From: Nitrososphaerota archaeon
GTDB taxonomy: Archaea > Thermoproteota > Nitrososphaeria > Conexivisphaerales > UBA164
Direction: 5' to 3'
Assembly (NCBI GenBank): GCA_023381255.1
Contig: JAMCTX010000022.1
Coordinates: 19,302 to 83,301 of the forward strand
DNA length: 64,000 bases
The position numbers were made by a program, and so were the translations under genes. Below are positions 26,784-35,955 of this stretch, piece by piece. Within the stretch, counting starts at the first letter, position 1. Every line of letters starts with the position of its first letter. The notes under the pieces are model-generated. The model saw only the letters and a program-made list of their open reading frames with translations. It made no database searches and was not told where the DNA came from.

Positions 26784-27029
26784 TTACCATTTTTTTATAA
26801 TGATCTTCCACGTGCAGGTATCAACTTTTTCCGCCAAAATGACTGAAAACTTGTATTTAAATGCCATATTTTTTATGATTCCTACTGATGGAGGGCTATC
26901 AAGCACCATTTCAAGGACGTCATTTGTGTGCATTTCCCTTAATTTTATGGCAGTTAGTACCTCAGGATATGGACATGGCAGGCCTAAAAGGTTGAGTTCA
27001 CCGTTTTTCCTTGATCGATGTATTGTCAT
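26784..27029 (-). CDS. TusA/SirA-family sulfur-carrier protein
   Basis: 81 aa with an LLGLPCPYPEVLTAIKL motif (conserved CP-x-P). Abuts the sulfite reductase gene. Confidence 0.75.
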   Translation of the reverse strand: MTIHRSRKNGELNLLGLPCPYPEVLTAIKLREMHTNDVLEMVLDSPPSVGIIKNMAFKYKFSVILAEKVDTCTWKIIIKKW

Positions 27030-28532
27030 CTAGGCCTCCATCAGTACCTTTAGTTCTGAAAGCGTCCTTTTTTTGCAAAAATCGCTAAAACTTTCATTGG
27101 AAGTGCTTTTACATAGATATGCTGAAACAAGCTTTTCAAGGAAGACCTTAACATTTTCCTTATCCACTGCCTGCTCTACTAGTCTACCAAATCTAGGACT
27201 GTGTCCCAGCCCCCCACCGACGTAAATGTTATAGCATTCATGTATAACTCCATTTTCTGTATGTCGTACAGCTTGTAAACCAATATCCGCGATTGGGTAT
27301 CTGCTGCAGGCGCTCGGGCAGCCGCTGATCGATAACTTTATATCCAAACTACCAAGCTTAATTGAAAACTTGTTTTCTAAGTGCCTGATTATCTCGTCCA
27401 ACCTCTGACTAACACTATCTGATGTCACAGAAAGCCTGCAAAACTCCTGGGCGCAAGCCAATGCCATACACCGCATGGGCGAATCACTAAAGTGAAATCC
27501 CAGCTTTTCAATTTTTGATAAAACTACATTGAAATCTTCTCTTTTAATCCCTGTGATGATGAAGTTTTGAAAAGGGGTTAACCTTATTTCGTGCCAACCG
27601 TATTCTTCAGCTATACCAGCTATACCAACCAACTGATCATATGTCAACCTCCCCCTTACAGTAGGAACATTCATATAATACAGCCCCATTTGCTTCATCG
27701 GGTTAATACCAATGTGCTCACGCCCGCTAATTTCTGGAAATTTCTGGTCAAACGTACCAAGTGAAAATCCACGCTTGTGCAACGCTTCTCTTATCTTATT
27801 GACCCCCCATTCATCAACAAAATACTTGAACCTGCTCAGAGCCTTATTTTCTCTTTTTCCGTAGTCTCTATAAACTTCTAGCAAGGCTACAATCACGTTG
27901 ATCAACTCGTCCTGTGGGATAAATAAGCCAAGAGGCCTACCAATGCGGGGGGCAGGTCCCGTACCACCTCCCAAAAATGCTATAAATCCAGCCTGACCCA
28001 ATTCATTTTTTAAAGCTATAAGCCCTAAATCCTGTATTTCAGGGGAAACACAATTGATTGAGCACCCAGAAATAGAAATCTTGAACTTTCTGGGCAAATC
28101 CAAAAAGTCCACATTACCAGTAACAACTTCCTTTATTTTTTTAACAAATGGATAGCAGTACAAGGTCTCTTTTGGGTCTATGCCAGTGGCCGGGCATCCA
28201 ACGATGTTCCTGACATCGCCGTACCGTGCAATCGGTCTGGCCTGTCCGCATTTATCCGTGGTTAATCTAAGCTCTTCCAAAATTTCAAATGCCTCAATCG
28301 CATTTTCTCCCGTAATATAATGCATCTGTATATCCTGCCTAGTAGTTATTTCAGCATAACCATTGCAGAACTTCTTCGAAATTTCAGCTATTTTTTTAAA
28401 CTGTTCAGTTGAGATTATGCCGTTTGGAATAAGAATACGCAAAAAATATACGGATTCCTTCCCACTATCACACCCCAAGGAATAACGTGGCACAAGGCTT
28501 ACGATCTGGTCATAACTGTAGCTCTCTAACAA
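27030..28532 (-). CDS. ferredoxin-type sulfite/nitrite reductase hemoprotein (siroheme, 4Fe-4S)
   Basis: 500 aa with duplicated NIR_SIR halves and cysteine clusters ISGCSINC and ISGCPSACSRYPIADIGL. Confidence 0.85.
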   Translation of the reverse strand: MLESYSYDQIVSLVPRYSLGCDSGKESVYFLRILIPNGIISTEQFKKIAEISKKFCNGYAEITTRQDIQMHYITGENAIEAFEILEELRLTTDKCGQARPIARYGDVRNIVGCPATGIDPKETLYCYPFVKKIKEVVTGNVDFLDLPRKFKISISGCSINCVSPEIQDLGLIALKNELGQAGFIAFLGGGTGPAPRIGRPLGLFIPQDELINVIVALLEVYRDYGKRENKALSRFKYFVDEWGVNKIREALHKRGFSLGTFDQKFPEISGREHIGINPMKQMGLYYMNVPTVRGRLTYDQLVGIAGIAEEYGWHEIRLTPFQNFIITGIKREDFNVVLSKIEKLGFHFSDSPMRCMALACAQEFCRLSVTSDSVSQRLDEIIRHLENKFSIKLGSLDIKLSISGCPSACSRYPIADIGLQAVRHTENGVIHECYNIYVGGGLGHSPRFGRLVEQAVDKENVKVFLEKLVSAYLCKSTSNESFSDFCKKRTLSELKVLMEA

Positions 28533-28761
28533 TTTAAACGTAAATCAATCTTAATATTTAAAATGTTATGGTATAATTTAGGTTTGCCGTGTCCAAAAAA
28601 TATTAACGCTTGGTTGTACATAGGACACGGAAAGGAACAAATGTGTAGCAACTACGATAAGTAATTAGTAGTTGGTCAGTTCCCCTCCAATAATGTTGAA
28701 GTATAGCATTAACAATCCAAAGGGCTGAACACTATGGCCTATACCATTTAACATAAGTGCT

Positions 28762-29573
28762 CTAACACGCTCCCTTGGTCAAATAGTTCCTGACGTTTAG
28801 CTTATACCTATTTGTCCTCAGGCATTCTCCCACGCCTTTCCTGAATTTGCTGAATTACGAATAACGGTGCAAAACCTGCAGGTGGCCCTTGGATATGTTC
28901 CAGCACTCTTCAACCGGCATGAACTCGGGCGAAGCTGTGGGCTGCCAGACTTAAATGAGAGAATCCCTGCGCTCATTAAAACAATCCTGAACCTTCCTTA
29001 ATTTATAGTGAGGCGGTGCTTTATCGAGAAACAAGTAGCACTTTGGGAACTTGGCATGTAACTTCTTCAGGTAATCAAGAAAAGTGTCCTCATCGAAGTT
29101 ATCATACTGCCTGAACAGCTGCCTCCCGTCGATGCTCAGCGCACCGAATACAGTTGAATGCTCATGCGAGCCGGTTACGTGTGCAACTGGCCTCATGTCC
29201 TCCCTTATCCACACCTTCCTTATTATGGCATCATATGTGAAGAACGATTCGTCTTCGGCGACTACGGTGAAGCCTTCCTGGAGGTTGTCCAGTATTTCTG
29301 CTGCTTTTTTTTAAACTCCTCCTTTTCCTCTTTTGATGCCGTGTTGACGTGCTCCTTTCTGGGGACTTTCTGCCTGAAGCCCCATTTGTGCTTGAGCCTT
29401 GATACGTGGTTTATGTGGTAAACTATGCCGCTCCTTTCGGTTATGAGCTGGGCAACCTGCTTTGTGGTCCATCCCTCCCTGCTTTCTGAAAGCTCTTTTG
29501 TTATCTCCGTCACCACTTCTGTTGGAATCTCATCCGGCCTGCCGCTCCTTGGCTTGTCCTTCAACCCCTCCAC
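28762..29573 (-). mobile_element. IS630/Tc1-mariner-family transposase remnant (5'-truncated, with two in-frame TAA codons and an A8 slippery run)
   Basis: HTH frame: GLKDKPRSGRP...WTTKQVAQLI. DDE frame: VVAEDESFF ... LFLDKAPPH ... SPEFMPVEECW. In-frame TAA at 28951-28953 and 28855-28857. The two frames join by a -1 shift at TTT AAA AAA AAG (T8 on the plus strand, 29305-29312). The first ~45 codons are missing. Confidence 0.7.
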
Positions 29574-29574
29574 G

Positions 29575-29928
29575 CCTTCTCAGGGATTCATTGATCTGCC
29601 TAAAAATGTGCTTTCTAGAAAGACCGCTGTCGTTTGGTTTTTCGCCGGTTGGAAAATAAACCTTTGTGGCTATGACAGCATCATCCCTCCTGCCCTGCAT
29701 GAACTCCCCAAGTATTTCCTCAGCCTTCCCCATGGAGTACACGTTTGCAGTGTCATAGAAATTGATTCCAAGGTCCCATGCCCTTTTCATAACTTTAAAG
29801 GCATCATCCTTGCCTGATATCCAGCCGCCCCCGCCATTATGTTGCAGAGTCGGGTCCCCAAACGACATTGTCCCCAGGCAAATTTTAGAAACCTTTAGAC
29901 CAGACCAACCTAGACGCACATATTCCAC
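29575..29928 (-). pseudogene. aldo/keto reductase, N-terminal fragment only (about 117 aa), joined to the IS630-like remnant
   Basis: Reads MEYVRLGWSGLKVSKICLGTMSFG...INFYDTANVYSMGKAEEILG...SRKHIFRQINESLRR, then runs into transposase-derived sequence. No AKR C-terminal half is found downstream. Confidence 0.7.
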
Positions 29929-30111
29929 GCATTATTATATCCAAATAATAATAGATAAGTATTATGCAGTGGCTTGGCCTCTTATCGCAAACGTTGAAAA
30001 GGCAAGCGGAAACCCCAACAGTGCTGTTGACTAAAAAGAACTTTTATATTTGAGCAGTCAAGGATTGTTAGGCATTTGAGGGAAGCGAAAAATATGGCTG
30101 GGTGCTATTAA

Positions 30112-31155
30112 ATGAACACGAATGATCTTTTTGTATATGATTGCCCGGCATACCCGCTGCCTCACATAGCTGGAAAGGATTCCGAATTTGTAGCGACAGT
30201 GTATTTAACAAGCCGATGCAACATGAATTGTGCAGCCTGCTACCTCTCAGCTGGTTCCGGGGGGCCAGAGCTTGGCACTGATCAATGGAAGCATATAATA
30301 GCTGCCCTTCACGGCGCAGGTGCCAGGCACATTTACTTTTTGGGCGGCGAGCCAACACTGAGCCCGCATCTGCCTGCGCTTGTAAAATTTTCAAGAGAGC
30401 TTGGATTATCGCCGTCGCTGTCAACAAACGGTCTTGCCGCATCATCCGGGATAGCTGAAAAACTGGCAGAGTCAGGCATTGAAAACGTCCAGGTGAGCAT
30501 TGATGCTCCAGATGAAATTGTAAATGATGCATTGAGGGGCTCAGGAAGTTTCAGGATGGCCAGTAAGGCGGCAAGAGAATTTAGTAAAATTGGATTACCG
30601 GTAAATATTTCCATGACCGTTTCAGATAGAAATTTTGATAGCGTTGCCGCGATGATTGAGCTTGCAGATGAACTAGGCGCAGTGGGGATTAACTTTATAG
30701 CGGTGCAGAGCTTTGGGAATGCCGAAATAAACCATTTAATGCTTTCATATAAAAATGCCAGGGCCGCAATTGAACAGATGCTTGCGTACAGGGGACGTTT
30801 GAGGGTAACTGCCAACGGATTCAGGTTTTACCTAAAAGCAAACGAATTCTCCAAGGCCAGCACAGCGGTCACGTGCCCAGCTGGTAAAAGTTACATCGTT
30901 GTGGGCATGGATGGAAAGGTTTACGGATGTGACCTGCTTATGGTGAAAGGGATTGTTGCTGGCAATGCGCTTGCTGAGGACATGCAGTTCATAATTGAGA
31001 ACCGGTTCAGTGACCTTGAGGAAAGGAGATTAGCTAGATTCAGTCCGTGCTCCTCATGCAGGTTCAGTTCAAGTTGTCAGGGCGGGTGTCCGGCTAGGGC
31101 ACTAAATGCGTTTAACACCATTTATGCAGCCGATCCGCTTTGTACTATGAATTGA
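30112..31155 (+). CDS. radical SAM enzyme with a C-terminal SPASM/twitch-type auxiliary cluster domain
   Basis: 347 aa with SRCNMNCAACY (CxxxCxxC), and C-terminal CPAG...DGKVYGCD...CSSCRFSSSCQGGCPARA. Confidence 0.8.
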   Translation: MNTNDLFVYDCPAYPLPHIAGKDSEFVATVYLTSRCNMNCAACYLSAGSGGPELGTDQWKHIIAALHGAGARHIYFLGGEPTLSPHLPALVKFSRELGLSPSLSTNGLAASSGIAEKLAESGIENVQVSIDAPDEIVNDALRGSGSFRMASKAAREFSKIGLPVNISMTVSDRNFDSVAAMIELADELGAVGINFIAVQSFGNAEINHLMLSYKNARAAIEQMLAYRGRLRVTANGFRFYLKANEFSKASTAVTCPAGKSYIVVGMDGKVYGCDLLMVKGIVAGNALAEDMQFIIENRFSDLEERRLARFSPCSSCRFSSSCQGGCPARALNAFNTIYAADPLCTMN

Positions 31156-31192
31156 GTCACTCATGCGCTTTAAACCAGCAATTTCAGGATAA

Positions 31193-32011
31193 TCATATCA
31201 TGACGTCGTGCACAACCTGCAGTAACCTGGGCCCAACTTCTCTCACGATTACAGTGTTAATAACTTTCCCTGCCGGTATTGATGCAGATGACCTGACTGC
31301 GGCCTCGGTTGCGGACTCACCCTTTGAATATGGGACATGCATGTAAACGTGGATCCAGCCAGAATTGCCGATGCTCCTGATGGCGCAATCAAAAAATTCA
31401 AGTGCCCTTTCCGGCAGAGGCATCAGCACCCGGTTGATCTTGCCATTTAGCGATATTGACACGTCACACGCGTCACCCAAGTATGGTATAACCCTGTCCT
31501 TAACTTTATTCAGCTCAATGTTCCTGATCATGTACTGGTGCGCGGTTGGATTGATCTCGCTGCTGTGGACAGTTACCCGCTTCCTTTTTGCCATGACAAT
31601 TGAAAACGTACCGATTCCAGCAAACATGTTGAACACGGTTTCGCCATCATTTACCAGCTGTGCAATCCTAAGCCTTTCATGGGCAAGCCTGGGCGAAAAG
31701 TAGACTGAGGTTATGTCCAGTTCAAACCTGCATCCTGATTCGCGATAAACGGTAATGCTTCTCTCCTCCCCGGCAACATGCATCAATTTTCTTATCCTGT
31801 AATCCCCTTCCACAGGCCCGACTTGCGCCCACACGCCATGGATGGATTTGTTCAGTTTCATCAGCGCATTGCCTACTATTTCCAGCTTATCCTGAAATCC
31901 ATCGGGAACCCTTATGATGGCCAGGTCTCCTATCAGGTCAAAGGAGCCATATGCCCTGCTTGCCTCCTCTCCCAGCTCTTCTCTTAGAATTTCCTTTAGT
32001 AACCTAACCAT
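31193..32011 (-). CDS. Trm5/Taw2(TYW2)-family class I SAM-dependent tRNA methyl/aminocarboxypropyl transferase
   Basis: 272 aa with FDLIGDLAIIRV, VYFSPRLAHER, VFNMFAGIGTFSI and EINP motifs. Confidence 0.7.
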   Translation of the reverse strand: MVRLLKEILREELGEEASRAYGSFDLIGDLAIIRVPDGFQDKLEIVGNALMKLNKSIHGVWAQVGPVEGDYRIRKLMHVAGEERSITVYRESGCRFELDITSVYFSPRLAHERLRIAQLVNDGETVFNMFAGIGTFSIVMAKRKRVTVHSSEINPTAHQYMIRNIELNKVKDRVIPYLGDACDVSISLNGKINRVLMPLPERALEFFDCAIRSIGNSGWIHVYMHVPYSKGESATEAAVRSSASIPAGKVINTVIVREVGPRLLQVVHDVMI

Positions 32012-32075
32012 TCCCTGTACAAAGCTTTATGCCCAAAATAAAAGTTTAACCTCTGAATTGGAAAAACCTGACAGG

Positions 32076-33587
32076 TCACTGCGGGTACGATTTTAACAGC
32101 ATTCCTTCAAGCACGATTGGCGGCGAGTAGCTTGCAAGGTTTACCGCATCTGAAAGCCTTGAACCCCTTTCGGCATATATCTCAAACAGCACATCCCCCT
32201 TCTTGACCTTATATCCCTGTTTCTGGTGCAGCACAACTCCGGCACCCCTGTCTGTGGGCGTGCCTGCTGCGCGCGATATCTGGACAATCGATTCGTTGTC
32301 AACTAGGGTAACGTAGCCATCGTTTTCCGCAACAACCTGGTGCCTGTATGTCCCGACAGGCAGGTCATCTGGCTTTATATCAGGATTTCCACCCTGCGCC
32401 TCGATTATTTCCTTCATCTTTGACAGTGCCTTGCCTGACCTCATGATGTCCATTGCCGTGCTGTAACCCTGCCCCTGCTGGCTTATTCCGGATGCCTCCA
32501 AGATTATTCCTGCAAGTGAAGCCGACTTTGACAGAAGGCTCATGCTTGCTTCATTTGGGCTGATCAGCGCCGCAAGCGCTTCCCTTGCCTCCAGCGCAGG
32601 GCCTATGGCTCTCCCTACAGGCTGCCCTCCGTAGGTAAGGCCAGCCCTCACGTTTATCCCGAGGCTCCTGCCAAGCTCCACAAAGTCTCTGGCGAGTTTC
32701 TCCCCGTCTGTCATGTCAGCTACCTTCGTTCCCCTTCCCACTGGCATATCAAGCGCTACAATTTTGGCGCCAACTCCCAGCTTTTTTGCCATCACGCTCG
32801 CCAGCATCAATCCGCGCGGGTTTACCCTCAGCGGATTTTCAACGCGGATCAGCATGTCATCTGCCGGGGCCAGGTTCAGGGCGCCGCCCCACACAATGCA
32901 GCCGTGTGTCTTCTCCACTATTTCCTTTATTTCCTTCAGGCTAAATTTAACGTTAGCAAGCACAGACATGGTGTCGGCTGTTCCGGAAGGACTGGTTATT
33001 GCCCTGCTGCTTGTCTTAGGTATGTACAGATCTGTAGATGCCACAATTGGAATTATTAGCAGGGAAACCTTGTTGCCTGGGACGCCGCCTATCGAATGTT
33101 TATCGACCACAAATCCGCTGAGTTCCAGCTTTTCCCCGGAGTTTAGCATCGCAAGCGTGAGGTTCCTGATTTCCTCCATATCCAGACCCTTATAGTGCAC
33201 TGAAAAAAGAAACGACGCAATATCCAAGTCACTTAGTTCATTAGAAATCAGATCCCCTATTATGCCATTTATCTCGTTTTCACTCAATTTTTCCCCCGCT
33301 ATCTTCTTCCTTATTACTTCTACAGACTTGGGTGAGGGTTCATAGGCTACATCTACATACTCCCCATTCTCCAACCCCAGAGCTTCAGCTACGTCCCTGT
33401 AAATGGCCACGGTTCCGCGCTTCACAAGCGTCTTTGTTGTCTCCGTAATGCACACGGTGCTTTTGCCGTCTACTGTTAGCCTTGCCCTTTCATTGAGTTC
33501 AAGCCCAGTTTCGCTGGCATCGTCCTCATTAATTATAATGGATTTCTTTCCGGCCTTTACATCAAGCACTGCGGTGTTAAATTTCAC
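32076..33587 (-). CDS. AMP phosphorylase (archaeal DeoA-type, thymidine phosphorylase family with an N-terminal extension)
   Basis: 503 aa with the ~85-aa archaeal N-terminal domain, then DKHSIGGVPGNK, TSSRAITSPSGTADT and the pyrimidine-nucleoside phosphorylase C-domain. Confidence 0.8.
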   Translation of the reverse strand: MKFNTAVLDVKAGKKSIIINEDDASETGLELNERARLTVDGKSTVCITETTKTLVKRGTVAIYRDVAEALGLENGEYVDVAYEPSPKSVEVIRKKIAGEKLSENEINGIIGDLISNELSDLDIASFLFSVHYKGLDMEEIRNLTLAMLNSGEKLELSGFVVDKHSIGGVPGNKVSLLIIPIVASTDLYIPKTSSRAITSPSGTADTMSVLANVKFSLKEIKEIVEKTHGCIVWGGALNLAPADDMLIRVENPLRVNPRGLMLASVMAKKLGVGAKIVALDMPVGRGTKVADMTDGEKLARDFVELGRSLGINVRAGLTYGGQPVGRAIGPALEAREALAALISPNEASMSLLSKSASLAGIILEASGISQQGQGYSTAMDIMRSGKALSKMKEIIEAQGGNPDIKPDDLPVGTYRHQVVAENDGYVTLVDNESIVQISRAAGTPTDRGAGVVLHQKQGYKVKKGDVLFEIYAERGSRLSDAVNLASYSPPIVLEGMLLKSYPQ

Positions 33588-33759
33588 AAAGCTCTTAAAA
33601 CCAATAACCCGTTAATAAACTTATCCAGCGACATTTCATGAGAACAGGGCATTAAAAGTTCAAATCAATTATTTTTGCACATTTAGGCAATTGCTCAAGC
33701 CAGCACCATGTAATGCACACCGGTTGCCTTTTTTAACGCCAAATTCTATTAGGTGAACC

Positions 33760-35907
33760 ATGAGCTACGACGAACTTGTTAAATTGCGGGAAAATGCTAG
33801 GGCAGACCCCGCTCATAACATATCCTTCTATATGTCGTTCTATGAGCAATGGAGGAAAATTGGCCCCGATAAAATAAAAAGTGCACAAAATATAAACGAA
33901 CTCAACACCTGGCTTACAGGCGAACTAGAAAGGGTCACCGGGGGCCACCATGAAAATTTGAAATTCTACAGTGAACATGGCGCCTACCAGGAGCCTTTAA
34001 AATTATTCGGTACTGACCTGCACCGCATAACCGGTAAAATCAGGAGCATATATGCAGGAGAAATAGCGCATCCGGAATTTAGGCCTGCAAACAGGATTTA
34101 TCTGCCGGGTCCGTTTAGGGCGGAATTTATGGATTACAGCGCGGATGCCGCATTTATAAATTCAGACATAGCGCGTCGCATTAACCTTAAATCTAGTTCA
34201 TATTACATCAAAATAGCCGGTGTTGGGCTGAGGCTGTATTTTTCGCCTGATGTCAGAGGCCCGCTGTGCAGTTCAAATTATGATATATATCCATGTGAAA
34301 AGAAGTCGCAGCTGATAAATCTAGGGAATATAATTCTACCTGCAAAATTGGCAAGGAGAATTGCAGGGTATGGGATTAAAGGGGAAATTCCCAGCACACC
34401 AGATGAGGCTATAGCCTCTGGACTTGAGAACGGAACGCTGCACCCCAACTACGCAATTCCTCAGCCTCCTCCTGACGTTGAAAAACTTAGGATACGCGAC
34501 CTGGAATTCCGGCCATCCCCTGCGGTTTTAACATACCTTGTGAATTCGGGCATGCTTGCATCTTTAAAAAAGGATTCCATAGTTGTTGATGATGAGATTT
34601 TTGGTCCAATACTTCAGGCAGCGCTGGACGGTAAACTGAAAGGCGTGAACATGCCGGACAATCGCATTTGGTCAATTGAAATAATTGAGCAAATGGGCAA
34701 TGGGAAGGACATCAACATCTACCATGGCATCGTGCCAGTCAGGGGGCAGGTAATACCCAGGATTGCCACAAGGTACTGCACCAGATGCCAGAGGATAACC
34801 CCGTTCAGGAGGTGTGAATCGTGCGGATCAAGGACGGTCAAGCTGTACTTTTGCAACAAGTGTGGCAAGCCGATTGTTTCACAGACGTGCCCCACATGTG
34901 GCTCAGCTGCCAGCAGCATGCCGGATAACGACGCAGAACTGTCGGAATCCCTGAGGCTTGCAAGCAAAAAGCTTAATCTGGACATGCGCCTTGACCTGGC
35001 ATTTCCAGATAAATCGGTTGGAGAAATTGAGGACATAAGAAAGGTCATCCTAAGGCGCCGCGCATCTATACTGGCTTCAGAATGCGGGGTAAGCGCATTT
35101 CTTGCCCATGGTGAGGCAGCAAACCTGAATCCTGACGAGATAATAATACCCCATAGGCTAGCGTCTTCCCTGCTTGACGTAGCCAGGTTCATTGATGCGG
35201 AAATTGAAGAAATATACGGGGGAAAGAGGATATTTTCCGAATATTCACCCAAAGAGCTGATAGGCCGCGAACTAATTTTGCTCAACAGGGATTTAAGCGC
35301 CGGCATAAGGTTAAAGGTTAGGGAAATAGGCAGCGAAGTTCTGGTAAATCCAGGGGTGCTGAAAAAGCTGTGTATGGGCCTTAGAAACAATAGCCTATAC
35401 GTTTCCCTTGAAGAGGACGTGATATTAAACTATTCTGGGAAATACTGCGACCCGCCAAGGTACCTTAACATATACGGTGCTGGCTCGAGCAAAACGCTGC
35501 CCAAAATCAGGATCGACTATTCCGCCAAGCAATCCAGAGAAAGCATTGTCGACCTTTCCAAATCTCTTATGCAGCTCATCATATCATTGAAGGATAAGAA
35601 GGTCGCTGTTCCTCAACTGGTAAAAACGCTAACTGCAGTGGAAATCATGTATAACAATCAGGCTCACTCTTGCCCAAAGTGCGGATTGCGTTTTTTGCTT
35701 CCCCCGCTAAGTTACCGGTGCCCCATATGCGGTTCAGAGCTGTCGCCCGAGTTTGACACGGAAATGCTCAATACGATCATCATATCTTTGAGAAATGTTG
35801 CAGATATGCTTGAAAACGATGAAAAAGAAGAAATAGAATTGATTCTGGAAAGGTTCCAGGGCATGTTCAAATCGGACAGCCAGCTGTCGCTCTCTGAATT
35901 TTCATGA
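33760..35907 (+). CDS. 715-aa multi-zinc-ribbon protein. The C-terminal half resembles the PolD large subunit (DP2), but the acidic catalytic motif is degenerate.
   Basis: Four CxxC pairs lie at aa 340-380 and a CPKCG-x12-CPICG ribbon at aa 638-657. The tail ...ILERFQGMFKSDSQLSLSEFS parallels the remembered DP2 C-terminus (FRCxKC..YRRxPLxGxCxxCGG ... SLF...QxSLxDF). LAHGEAANLNPDEIII sits where DP2 has AHPYFHAAKRRNCDGDED. GGTGA lies 5 nt upstream of the ATG. Confidence 0.5.
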   Translation: MSYDELVKLRENARADPAHNISFYMSFYEQWRKIGPDKIKSAQNINELNTWLTGELERVTGGHHENLKFYSEHGAYQEPLKLFGTDLHRITGKIRSIYAGEIAHPEFRPANRIYLPGPFRAEFMDYSADAAFINSDIARRINLKSSSYYIKIAGVGLRLYFSPDVRGPLCSSNYDIYPCEKKSQLINLGNIILPAKLARRIAGYGIKGEIPSTPDEAIASGLENGTLHPNYAIPQPPPDVEKLRIRDLEFRPSPAVLTYLVNSGMLASLKKDSIVVDDEIFGPILQAALDGKLKGVNMPDNRIWSIEIIEQMGNGKDINIYHGIVPVRGQVIPRIATRYCTRCQRITPFRRCESCGSRTVKLYFCNKCGKPIVSQTCPTCGSAASSMPDNDAELSESLRLASKKLNLDMRLDLAFPDKSVGEIEDIRKVILRRRASILASECGVSAFLAHGEAANLNPDEIIIPHRLASSLLDVARFIDAEIEEIYGGKRIFSEYSPKELIGRELILLNRDLSAGIRLKVREIGSEVLVNPGVLKKLCMGLRNNSLYVSLEEDVILNYSGKYCDPPRYLNIYGAGSSKTLPKIRIDYSAKQSRESIVDLSKSLMQLIISLKDKKVAVPQLVKTLTAVEIMYNNQAHSCPKCGLRFLLPPLSYRCPICGSELSPEFDTEMLNTIIISLRNVADMLENDEKEEIELILERFQGMFKSDSQLSLSEFS

Positions 35908-35955
35908 TTTGCTGTTGCAGAAACATATATAACGATCAACTTACAAGCATTTGGC

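Noticed and set aside
30094-30111. 5-codon ORF MAGCY* ending at the radical SAM start codon, reminiscent of the C-terminal Cys/Tyr residues of RiPP precursors
   Set aside because: It is far too short to carry a leader or recognition sequence and is easily explained by chance. It is mentioned only in the radical SAM finding.
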